A DNA stretch of 64,000 bases from a virus. Under the pieces are notes generated by a model, which searched no databases, was not told the DNA's origin, and saw only the letters and a program-made list of their open reading frames with translations. Of this stretch, positions 49,304 through 58,278 are shown in pieces; position 1 is the first letter of the stretch; every line of letters starts with the position of its first letter. A program made the position numbers and the translations under genes. Location of the stretch: positions 32,001 to 96,000 of IMG/VR virus record IMGVR_UViG_3300037247_000655; one strand, written 5' to 3'.

Positions 49304-49912
49304 ATGGCTGAAGTTAAGATGTACGTAGCAGAAACTGATGTTTATATCAGTACTGATGAATCATTGGGATTTTTTGGTCCTGCTGGGTTCGGAGATCCAT
49401 TATCACTTGGCGAATTCAATGGTCGTACATTCATTACAAATTCAAGTGGTTCTGTATCTTATACAGAATGTGACAACTGTAAAAAAGTATCAACATCTGG
49501 TGTTGTTATAGGACAGGTGGGAGATGGGATCAATTTACAGAATCTTCCAAATTACCTAGCAACGCTGAATATAAGGTTTACACATCCACAAGCAGTATTA
49601 GTACAAGATGCTAGATTAATAGTATCCGATGGTAGTTCTAGTGCACCTGTTGGTTTAAGTGTGTATGGCGCAGAGATAATACATACAAGTAAGTTACAAA
49701 CAGATGTTGGAACTGGAGATACGGAATGGCAACTAATGGATGGTTCAGACAACCCATTGTATTTAGTTAGTTCCCCAGGGGAATCTGGGTTTAGTCCTTT
49801 GGGACCAGCCACATTAGATACCAGACACGATTGGTATTGTGCTATGTCTGTTGCCCCAACATTACCTGGGGATAAACAGTTTGTTTTGGAAGTTTCTCTC
49901 GAATTCATCTAA
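49304..49912 (+). CDS. virion protein, paralog of 49971-50612
   Basis: GFFG..FG, TLNIRFT, DTRHDWY shared; own GTGTATAA (49276-49283). Confidence 0.65.
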   Translation: MAEVKMYVAETDVYISTDESLGFFGPAGFGDPLSLGEFNGRTFITNSSGSVSYTECDNCKKVSTSGVVIGQVGDGINLQNLPNYLATLNIRFTHPQAVLVQDARLIVSDGSSSAPVGLSVYGAEIIHTSKLQTDVGTGDTEWQLMDGSDNPLYLVSSPGESGFSPLGPATLDTRHDWYCAMSVAPTLPGDKQFVLEVSLEFI

Positions 49913-49970
49913 AATGTGTATAATATATTGGTTAAATGTATGTTTTTAATACAAAAAGGAGGTGAAAAAC

Positions 49971-50612
49971 ATGGCAGCAGCAATTAACTTTTATGCAGGA
50001 GAGGGAGCGGGGGTTTGGACAGATCTTAGTTCGTCTGGTATGGGCTTTTTCGGTGCTACATTTGGGACTTCGGTTCAAGTCGGGCAGTATCAAGATAGCA
50101 CTTTCATAAGTTCAGCTAACGGCGCTTCGGAGGGTCCTCAAGCCACTAACTGTAAGTATGACACGTCTGATGGTTCTGGAACAATCATCAATGGAGATGT
50201 GGCAGTGGCCCCGTCTGCGGTACCTATCAACTCAGGGACCATGAATATAAGGTTTACTTTTGATACGGTTGTCAAAACGCAGAATTGTCAACTACGTATC
50301 TTCGATAGGACGACCATTACCAACGGAGCAACTGGTGTAATTACACAAGTACTTCAAGTTTCCAACGGAGGTTCTGGAGTAAGTTCGAGTGGAACAGCAG
50401 AAGCACCAGCCAGTCATACGGGATGGATAGCTCCGTCTGGCTCTGGCGTAACAGTGGCACTTCTGAGCAGTGCTGGTAGTGGTGGTCTTAGTCCTTCCGG
50501 TACCGACACCACAGACACACGACACGACTGGTACGCTTGTCTATCGGCTACTCCAACCAGTATTGGTTCCAAGGAATTATTCGGACTTTATTGTCAGTTG
50601 GAATATTTGTAA
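49971..50612 (+). CDS. virion protein, Ser/Gly-rich
   Basis: AGGAGG RBS; own GTGTATAA (49916-49923). Confidence 0.65.
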   Translation: MAAAINFYAGEGAGVWTDLSSSGMGFFGATFGTSVQVGQYQDSTFISSANGASEGPQATNCKYDTSDGSGTIINGDVAVAPSAVPINSGTMNIRFTFDTVVKTQNCQLRIFDRTTITNGATGVITQVLQVSNGGSGVSSSGTAEAPASHTGWIAPSGSGVTVALLSSAGSGGLSPSGTDTTDTRHDWYACLSATPTSIGSKELFGLYCQLEYL

Positions 50613-50698
50613 CCTATTATAAGATAAGAACTTAGGAAAACAGGAGTGTTGATTGTCCCGGCGATCATAGCTCCTTCTTTTATTTTCGGATACTAAAT

Positions 50699-51421
50699 GT
50701 GAAAAGAAAACCCCTGCTGAGAAACGAAGATGGCTGGATAATAAATATTTGTACAGACTGTGGTAAGACGAGGCTTTCTCGACAAAAGAAACTAAAACCA
50801 TTATGTAAAAGTTGTGGCATAAAGAAAAGTTTCGTATCTAGACCTGCCGTTGGGCTTAAAACTCTAGACAATATGGATAAAATAATAATAGAATATAAAT
50901 CTGGTAGAAGTCTATTGTCTCTTGGTAAACAATATGGTGTCTCGGCAATGACAATCAGGACTAAGATTATCGATCTTGGCTGTGAAACAAGACGTCCTCC
51001 AGAGATCTCTATCCGATTAGGTACTATATCAAAGGCACATGAACGCATTAAAGAAATGTGTAAAACAGGTGAATTCCAGCGGAATAGAAGTGCAATGTTA
51101 CAAGGCGTTACAATAGAAGAATGGAAAGGTTTCATAACACCAGAGAACAAGCGACTAGTTGCTAGCCCAGAATATAAACAATGGCAACAATCAGTATTCG
51201 GCAGAGATAATCGTATTTGCCAACTGTGCAGTAAAACAAAATGCCCGATAGCGGCCCATCATATTTATCCTAAAGCCAAATATCCAGACATGGTTTTAGA
51301 TGTTGATAACGGCATAACACTGTGTGATAAGTGTCATCACAAAACAATTGGCAATGAAGATAAATATATAAACTTATTTACTTCAATACTCTTTGGTGGC
51401 TTATGTGGCAAAAAACGATAG
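50699..51421 (+). CDS. HNH endonuclease
   Basis: Y..W...V..RD...CQ.C...AHHI...NGITLC..CH. Confidence 0.82.
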   Translation: MKRKPLLRNEDGWIINICTDCGKTRLSRQKKLKPLCKSCGIKKSFVSRPAVGLKTLDNMDKIIIEYKSGRSLLSLGKQYGVSAMTIRTKIIDLGCETRRPPEISIRLGTISKAHERIKEMCKTGEFQRNRSAMLQGVTIEEWKGFITPENKRLVASPEYKQWQQSVFGRDNRICQLCSKTKCPIAAHHIYPKAKYPDMVLDVDNGITLCDKCHHKTIGNEDKYINLFTSILFGGLCGKKR

Positions 51422-51717
51422 GACTTGACGGAGAAACATATGATTCTATATCAGAATCAAAGGTAGCCGACTGGCTATTAACTAACGATATAGAATACGA
51501 ACCACACAAGCGTCTTCCGAAAAGTCGTAGTATATCCGATTTCTATCTACCAGAATATGACCTCTGGGTTGAATATGACGGTCTCATGGAAGTAAGGACT
51601 GATGATAAACTAAAGAAGAAAATAGCGTTCTACGAAAAAAGCGGATTGAAATTTTTAGTTATTACCAGAAGCAATTGGCAAAGAGACCTTGTTGGGCGAA
51701 TAGAATTGGGAGGATAG
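51403..51717 (+). CDS. PD-(D/E)XK-like endonuclease
   Basis: S..E..VADWL..I.Y..DFYLP....VEYDG. Confidence 0.7.
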   Translation: MWQKTIGLDGETYDSISESKVADWLLTNDIEYEPHKRLPKSRSISDFYLPEYDLWVEYDGLMEVRTDDKLKKKIAFYEKSGLKFLVITRSNWQRDLVGRIELGG

Positions 51718-52074
51718 ATGATACAAAAAAGGCACACATTCTACGGTATCTGTGGTACTATACTAGGCGTTATTTGTGGCATAGCTGGTACTGCCTTTTC
51801 TCTTGGCGCAGATAGCCAAGCTACACTGAACTCTATAGTAAAGAATGATTCAGCGATAACAGACCTTAAAACAGCAGATATCAAACATGAAACATCAGTT
51901 CAAAGAGAAATGGACAGATACGTTGTAGTTATAACAGCTCAAATGACTGGTATACAAGAATGTATATCTAATCTCACAGAGACTGTAGGAAAGTTGCGCA
52001 CTGATGTCCAAGTACTAAAGGCTATAATTGAACGTGTTGAACAGAATATACAAAACAGGTCTGATCACGACTAA
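51718..52074 (+). CDS. membrane-anchored coiled-coil protein (possible lysis protein)
   Basis: One TM helix then heptads; last + strand gene. Confidence 0.5.
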   Translation: MIQKRHTFYGICGTILGVICGIAGTAFSLGADSQATLNSIVKNDSAITDLKTADIKHETSVQREMDRYVVVITAQMTGIQECISNLTETVGKLRTDVQVLKAIIERVEQNIQNRSDHD

Positions 52075-52544
52075 TGCCACCTGTATATAACTTCTATTGC
52101 ACGACGCAAAAGAACACTCAGGACACAAGCTTCTCCGCTACTAATTGAATGATGGATCACATCCTGGGCATCACCCCTCTTTGTGCTCAGTCTAATATGA
52201 AATCGACCACCTTCATTCTTGTCAAAACGCAGAATAGCGTTGCCCTTTTCGTTTGAGTGATATAGGCCCTTATATCTGCCTGATTGAGTATCTAAAGAAC
52301 CTACCCCAGCCTGCAACCCGACGAGAGTCGCAAGAATCTCGCCTATATCGGCTATACCTAGCTTGAAGATTAGCTTGCTGTCCCAATCAAACCTGGCATT
52401 GTTGTTACTGTCCTTGCCATCCTGGCTAGCCATTTCTAAAAAGACACAATCTCTTTTAGACCCCAGACTCCACTGAGAGGCAGCACCTTGGCCATCGTTC
52501 TTAGCTTTGTATAACATATATTGTTCACTGAACTTATCTGACAT
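52071..52544 (-). CDS. Whirly-like single-stranded nucleic acid binding protein
   Basis: VFLE.A....FDW..K..FKL...DIGEI..LYH..F...L......I...E..VL pattern. Confidence 0.55.
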   Translation of the reverse strand: MSDKFSEQYMLYKAKNDGQGAASQWSLGSKRDCVFLEMASQDGKDSNNNARFDWDSKLIFKLGIADIGEILATLVGLQAGVGSLDTQSGRYKGLYHSNEKGNAILRFDKNEGGRFHIRLSTKRGDAQDVIHHSISSGEACVLSVLLRRAIEVIYRWH

Positions 52545-53488
52545 TATTTACTATCCTTTTCTGAGGCCATTTCTCTCATTCTCGAAGAAGTAGCAACTGC
52601 GTCCTCATACGACAATGACTTCAAATTTACTTCGCCAGTCTGGTCATTCAATTCATATTTCATACCCATGCCATCCAAGATTTCTGTGATTTTAAAATCA
52701 TGGCGATCGGCCATCATTCTAATGAGTGTAATCTGACCAACATGTATTTTCCCACCAGGCTGGACATCATCCACAGCCGCCATCGTTTTACTTACTTCCT
52801 CTGCGGCCACCACACGCTTGAGAAAAAGTGCATTACGATACATCCTGCCCTTGGCTCTAGTGTCAGCCATGGCAACCAAATACGTCGCATAATCTTCCAG
52901 ACAGTTATCGCTGTGGGCATCCGCAAGGGCTTCGAACCTTTTGGTTCTTCCCTCTGGTGTAATAAATACACCCCATGCTTTGACACATGCACGGAATCTA
53001 TTTTCTTCTGTCGGAGCTGCGATCAGATCGCATCCTTCCTCTATTAGCTCACCGACAAGTTCGCAAGCCACCCGTCTAAGACCTTCAACTCGTGGGTTAC
53101 TCCCATCTACTTCATCTTGAAGGAATTTCCCTAGTACATACTGGGTCCATTCGGGACTACTGGGAGTCGGTGGATCAGTCTCTTCTAGTTCTGGTTCATC
53201 CGTATCCGAGTCCGAGTCCTTTATGTAATCTTTTGCGTCTGGCAAACCACCATTAATGACAGTCTCGACGTCACTATCTCCATCACTACTATTCTCTGCA
53301 ATGTTACTCATGACTTCCAGCCCTTCTTCTCCCTTGTTGTGTTCTTGGAGTTTTTCGCACAACGCAGGCCTCTTCAATTTATACCCTTTTCCGTCTAGCA
53401 ACTGTTCCTGCGTATATCCTAGACCAATCAACGTGTCCCTGAGTTCTTGGGCCTTCATCTTAGTGGGCGGATTGGTTTTGTCTGACAT
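52544..53488 (-). CDS. hypothetical protein, possibly ssDNA-annealing-like
   Basis: GLRRV, A.A.TRA.GR..R.AL..VAAEE motifs; acidic N-terminal linker. Confidence 0.45.
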   Translation of the reverse strand: MSDKTNPPTKMKAQELRDTLIGLGYTQEQLLDGKGYKLKRPALCEKLQEHNKGEEGLEVMSNIAENSSDGDSDVETVINGGLPDAKDYIKDSDSDTDEPELEETDPPTPSSPEWTQYVLGKFLQDEVDGSNPRVEGLRRVACELVGELIEEGCDLIAAPTEENRFRACVKAWGVFITPEGRTKRFEALADAHSDNCLEDYATYLVAMADTRAKGRMYRNALFLKRVVAAEEVSKTMAAVDDVQPGGKIHVGQITLIRMMADRHDFKITEILDGMGMKYELNDQTGEVNLKSLSYEDAVATSSRMREMASEKDSK

Positions 53489-54068
53489 TTTTCATCTCCG
53501 TTATGACTAATTTGGCTAACATTTCCGCATTAAAATCGGGAATTATAGTGTCGCACACTTGAACTCCAAATTCTTCTTCTATCAATGACTTATGAGACTC
53601 ATGTCTTACCACTACCTTGATCCTGGGATCACAAAATGCCAATTTCATATCAGACGGATCGATGCATGGCTTGTCTATGAATTCTGGATCAAATGCATAA
53701 TGGTAAATAACTGGAGCGTTACTCGCCAAAGCATCTATCGTGGTCCCTATGCTAGTTGAAATCAGCGGGTCTTCCTTCCATCTAGTAAGCTCTGACACAC
53801 TGAATACTGGGTATAGCGGTGTGACACACGGAGGTATAATATGTTGGGCAAAAACACATATGTCCACACCAGCGCACGTCTTACATAGCTCATTCATAGA
53901 CGTAAGCCCAAGATATGTTAAATGCGACACAGCAAGATGACTAAAGACAAAACCTAACACGGATATATCGTCATCCAGGCTAAGACCTATTCTACCAACC
54001 TCTTTCGACGCCTGGGTTTTCCTCATTGTTGCGTCTTTTTGTTGAGTGTTTTTGTTCCTCTTAGTCAC
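53460..54068 (-). CDS. hypothetical protein (partial GT-B-like)
   Basis: Operon position in glycosyltransferase cluster. Confidence 0.5.
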   Translation of the reverse strand: MTKRNKNTQQKDATMRKTQASKEVGRIGLSLDDDISVLGFVFSHLAVSHLTYLGLTSMNELCKTCAGVDICVFAQHIIPPCVTPLYPVFSVSELTRWKEDPLISTSIGTTIDALASNAPVIYHYAFDPEFIDKPCIDPSDMKLAFCDPRIKVVVRHESHKSLIEEEFGVQVCDTIIPDFNAEMLAKLVITEMKNVRQNQSAH

Positions 54069-54843
54069 CTGGTTGTCCCCTGCGTCGTACCACCATCTGT
54101 TGGGCTAATTTTTCCGATTGCAGTATACGTTGCCGAGCAGCGTCGTCTACCGGAGTTATAGTATTGTTGTGTAGTGGTGCTGGTATATGGTATATGAGAC
54201 CTATCTCGGATATCCTAAGCATCAAATCGTATTCTTCTCTAGCAGCCATTTGTTCGTTGAAACCACTTTTTAGACTGATGAATACTTGCGACCTAACTAA
54301 AAAATTACCATCATAAGGATAGCCAGCCAATAGCCTCTGCATATCAAAAGAATTACGAAAAACTCTTTCAACTCTACCGTCTGAGTGGTAGTTGTCGCAA
54401 TCACTAACTACACATGCTATCGACGGGTTACTCTGGAAAGCCCTGATAGATTGTGCAATTTTGTCTGGCGAGTACCAACTGACAGGGTCCATAAAACCAA
54501 ATATAGTAACACCCTGCCACTTAGATTGCATGGCTATATTCAAGGTGTGTCCTGCAGAACTGATTCTTTTCCTAAAGATTCGAACAGGAACACCATTTAA
54601 TGTACCTTCGAATTCAGGAGGCAGACCCTTCTTCCCATCTAAAGTAATTTGCTTGGCGCCAAGGATCTTGCACATCAGGTCATAAGTGCCATCAGTACTA
54701 TCGTTATCTCCAACGATTACTTGATTAGCTGGACGAACACCTTTGGTTACGGAATCTAAGGATCTTCTGATAGTTCCCACATTGTTGTGTGTGACAGATA
54801 CTATAGTAACGCTTTCTTTATCTTGCATCATGTCAATCCACAC
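54061..54843 (-). CDS. glycosyltransferase family 2
   Basis: THN....I...LDSV, V.DN.STDGT, GFNE...EEYDL.LR. Confidence 0.82.
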   Translation of the reverse strand: MWIDMMQDKESVTIVSVTHNNVGTIRRSLDSVTKGVRPANQVIVGDNDSTDGTYDLMCKILGAKQITLDGKKGLPPEFEGTLNGVPVRIFRKRISSAGHTLNIAMQSKWQGVTIFGFMDPVSWYSPDKIAQSIRAFQSNPSIACVVSDCDNYHSDGRVERVFRNSFDMQRLLAGYPYDGNFLVRSQVFISLKSGFNEQMAAREEYDLMLRISEIGLIYHIPAPLHNNTITPVDDAARQRILQSEKLAQQMVVRRRGQPGD

Positions 54844-55589
54844 TCAGAACAAAACCAAGAGAGATGCATCTCTGTTGTATTTTCTTCTTTTTTCAACTCT
54901 TCTGAGAATGATTTGCTGTCCAGAGGCTTAGTTAGTGCTAAATATGGTTTGGTTATAAACAAGCCGTACTGGTATTTATTGGGAACGATGACGGTACCTC
55001 CCACAACACAGGGGAATGACCATTGGATAACACGACTAGGTACGTTTTTTACATGGTCGGCTAAGTAGTCCATGTTTTTTACCATATTGCCAGCAGGTAT
55101 TGTCATGAAAAACGGAGACCTAACCTGATTAACTATACGTTTGATAGTATCCTCTCGTTGTAATACCGATTCGTTGTTCACACTACTGTCTACCACCGTA
55201 TCTATGTTATGTTTATGGCCGAGATATTCTAACGCTAAATTACGTCGTCTACCGAAACCAGTAACGTCTATTATAATAGCTCTTTCGGCATATGGTATGT
55301 ACCAACCAGTCCCCAGAGTACGTTCTAAGTCTGCTATGGAATTAAAGTTCTCATCAAAAAACACCAATAGATCAAACTTCAGTTCATTCTCTTTCACCAC
55401 CGCGTTGACCATTTTACCTATGCGTGTATCGTCTTGTCGTTTCGCCCATTTACTACTACGACAATATCTACAGTATCCGGGAGCGAAAACCACATTGTCC
55501 CTTTCGACACACACTTGTTGCAGAGCGCATCCTTTCTTAGAATCATCCTTTTTAAGGAAACAACATCCTTCACATCCCGTAGTTATCAC
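54828..55589 (-). CDS. hypothetical protein with N-terminal Cys cluster
   Basis: C..C.F...GC...C..C; coupled in operon. Confidence 0.6.
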   Translation of the reverse strand: MITTGCEGCCFLKKDDSKKGCALQQVCVERDNVVFAPGYCRYCRSSKWAKRQDDTRIGKMVNAVVKENELKFDLLVFFDENFNSIADLERTLGTGWYIPYAERAIIIDVTGFGRRRNLALEYLGHKHNIDTVVDSSVNNESVLQREDTIKRIVNQVRSPFFMTIPAGNMVKNMDYLADHVKNVPSRVIQWSFPCVVGGTVIVPNKYQYGLFITKPYLALTKPLDSKSFSEELKKEENTTEMHLSWFCSECGLT

Positions 55590-56059
55590 TTTGCAGCCTC
55601 CACATAGATAGCGACACCTTCATATCTCTTGAGTAATATAGACAATCCAGCCTCCTTTATCATAGACAACAATGTTGACGCATCTAATATCGACATCCTT
55701 CTATCATTGTCTGCTTGTGTACCAAAGGTAATCTTAGAATATTCCTGAAGACTAAATTGGCCTTGAACAAACGCATTTGCAACCACATGGCCGTCTGGTA
55801 TGAGAATCTTAAGCACTCCACCAGTTATGAGTTTGCGACCCCAATTGGACAATGTTTGTTGAATTATGTCTGGAGGTAAATATTCTATACAGTCTGCCGC
55901 TATAATTTCATCAACAGTGTTGTCCTCGGTAATCCAATCTAATGATTGTATATCTCCTTGCTTATAGTCAACGCCAGTAGGTAGTGCAGGAGAAGGCAGA
56001 CGGTCTATGTTGACGTATCCTGTTCGTATATCTGTACCACATCCGAGGTTCAATTTCAT
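55586..56059 (-). CDS. class I SAM-dependent methyltransferase
   Basis: KLNLGCG..GYVNID, L..GG.L.I..PD. Confidence 0.85.
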   Translation of the reverse strand: MKLNLGCGTDIRTGYVNIDRLPSPALPTGVDYKQGDIQSLDWITEDNTVDEIIAADCIEYLPPDIIQQTLSNWGRKLITGGVLKILIPDGHVVANAFVQGQFSLQEYSKITFGTQADNDRRMSILDASTLLSMIKEAGLSILLKRYEGVAIYVEAAK

Positions 56060-56069
56060 AATTTACTCC

Positions 56070-57089
56070 TTATGACAATCTACCAGAAGGACACTTAGAA
56101 ACCCTTCTAAAGATCTCATTCCATTTATTAAGAAACTGCTGTTGTCCAAACTGTTCTATAACCGTTTGTCTACCTGCATCACCTATTACTTTAGCAAGAT
56201 CTTTGTCATTAATCAACAATTCTATACGCTCTCTCATAACCTTAGGATCATTTGTTATGAAACCATTTACGCCGTCTTCTATAAATTCAGGCATTGATGT
56301 TGTTGCAGTAGTAACTATCGGGCATCCAACAGACATAGCTTCTAGTAAAGAAAATGGACAGGATGACCAAAGTGTGGTGTTAAGATATACAGACGCACGA
56401 CGATAAAGGTCTCTGAGGTGGTCGGTGTTGTCTGCCATTTTTGACAATCCAGGAGTTTCTCCCCATATACTTACTGGCAATCCTTCTGTCACTTCTTTCC
56501 ATAATGAAAAACCACAAATTCTGTCTCTTTTAATATAGTCCCATACTGCAGACATTACCTTCCCATCGCCACCTACCCATCCGTTCCAGTATTCAGTATC
56601 CATTCCATGCCTTAAAACAGAAACATCTGGATCATCAAGGTCATGGAACCACGCCCCAACAGAGAAATCGGCAACAAAAATATTGTGATCACACTTTAGG
56701 TGACCAACTTGATCTGTTGTTTTATCGTCCCAGTCGGGCCATGGCAGTGTATGTTCCATCTGCAACAATGGGCAATTGAGCTGTTGTGCCAATTGTAGCA
56801 TTATCGGATAATGATCTATTCTATTTTGTGTTAACACAAGATCGAAAGATATATCTATTTTCAATTGATCTGGTATATCTTTGCCGTTAAGCATAAAAAA
56901 GTTGGGAGGTAATGGACGCTCTTTGGTATCCCATGGATGGAATCTAGGATGTTGCAAGACGTAAAAGTTGTGACCTGTTTTTGCCAGGGTGGCACTATAG
57001 CCCTCGTGATTATTGGCGTATAGAATATTCAACGGCCTGTTGTCATCTCTATTGATACTTCTTAATACACTAGAAAGTGGTGCAGCCAT
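56070..57089 (-). CDS. glycosyltransferase family 4 (GT-B)
   Basis: P.SLLEAMS.GCPIV..I.DG.NGF. Confidence 0.85.
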   Translation of the reverse strand: MAAPLSSVLRSINRDDNRPLNILYANNHEGYSATLAKTGHNFYVLQHPRFHPWDTKERPLPPNFFMLNGKDIPDQLKIDISFDLVLTQNRIDHYPIMLQLAQQLNCPLLQMEHTLPWPDWDDKTTDQVGHLKCDHNIFVADFSVGAWFHDLDDPDVSVLRHGMDTEYWNGWVGGDGKVMSAVWDYIKRDRICGFSLWKEVTEGLPVSIWGETPGLSKMADNTDHLRDLYRRASVYLNTTLWSSCPFSLLEAMSVGCPIVTTATTSMPEFIEDGVNGFITNDPKVMRERIELLINDKDLAKVIGDAGRQTVIEQFGQQQFLNKWNEIFRRVSKCPSGRLS

Positions 57090-57099
57090 TTGTTTACCT

Positions 57100-58278
57100 C
57101 TATTCAGTCAAAAGACCCTTGGCTATCATCCCCACTTTGGGATAGCTGAATTCAGCCGCACGTCGTTTTGCAGCATCTCCCCTAATACTCAATTTGTCGT
57201 CTTGCCACGCCGTATATGCGTGTTTCATACATTGAATCAGGGCTTTTATGTCTGGGTCAAACCAGAATTCGTCCCCGGTGTATAAATCAGGGAAACTGTC
57301 AACCATACCAAAACATGGTGTTAACTGTCCATTAACTAGCCAACCACAATTAATACGTGGACACCATCTAAACCGTTTACTATCTGAATCCCAGTCTCTC
57401 TGAGTTGTTTTTATTGTTAGTTCTGGGAAAGAACCCCAGTTGCTCAGAATCACAGGATTACAAAAGCCCATAGCATCGTGTGCTGGGATACCCCAGGCTT
57501 CCCCATGGGATGCCGAAACAAAAACATCACCTGTCACATGGATTTTATCTAGTTCATTTTCAGAAAGAAAGTTGGTCATACACACTACTGGCGGATAGTA
57601 TGGGTGCCTTATGTATATATGTAAAGACTTCTTGATGTCCTGGATTGTGGTTCTTAAGATATTAATTGCTTCGTCTGATTTCTTACCTGGTACATTAGTT
57701 TTGATAACCAAAACAACATCATCTCGAAGACTAAATGCACTATAGAATGCTCTCAAAACTGCTACTATATTTTTCCTCCGAGTCATTTCCCCTATAGTAT
57801 AAAAAACACACTTATTTTTGAATTCTGGTGAATCAATGGGTTCCGGAGGATTGTCGAATCTTTTTATATCACATGCACATGGTAAGATTTTTACTGGTAC
57901 CGTAACACCACTGTCTTTCGCAGCCTGCGCATTCTGTAGAGATGGAACCCATAATTCGTCCATAAGATTGCAACAATGTGCCCAGTTTGATCTACTAAAA
58001 TGAGTTGTCTCCCAACACATCATACCAATATTTTTTACCCCAGCTTTGTATTCGAACTGATGAGGTAAAACGTGTTGAATTACTACCGATACGTTGTCAA
58101 CAGATTTCTTTTCTAGATGTTCTACTTTTTCCGCTAGTTCAAGATTGCTGCTTGGAGATAGTTTTATTGCTCTAGCAACAACATCGATGCCACCAGCTTC
58201 CATAGCCAACATATTATGCACAGCTTGGTTACTATACCCAGTACCATCACGAAATACAGATAAATAAGCAACCTTCAT
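57100..58278 (-). CDS. glycosyltransferase (GT-B)
   Basis: GY, WET, DELWVPS, RKN, S.GEAWGIP..DAM. Confidence 0.85.
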   Translation of the reverse strand: MKVAYLSVFRDGTGYSNQAVHNMLAMEAGGIDVVARAIKLSPSSNLELAEKVEHLEKKSVDNVSVVIQHVLPHQFEYKAGVKNIGMMCWETTHFSRSNWAHCCNLMDELWVPSLQNAQAAKDSGVTVPVKILPCACDIKRFDNPPEPIDSPEFKNKCVFYTIGEMTRRKNIVAVLRAFYSAFSLRDDVVLVIKTNVPGKKSDEAINILRTTIQDIKKSLHIYIRHPYYPPVVCMTNFLSENELDKIHVTGDVFVSASHGEAWGIPAHDAMGFCNPVILSNWGSFPELTIKTTQRDWDSDSKRFRWCPRINCGWLVNGQLTPCFGMVDSFPDLYTGDEFWFDPDIKALIQCMKHAYTAWQDDKLSIRGDAAKRRAAEFSYPKVGMIAKGLLTE

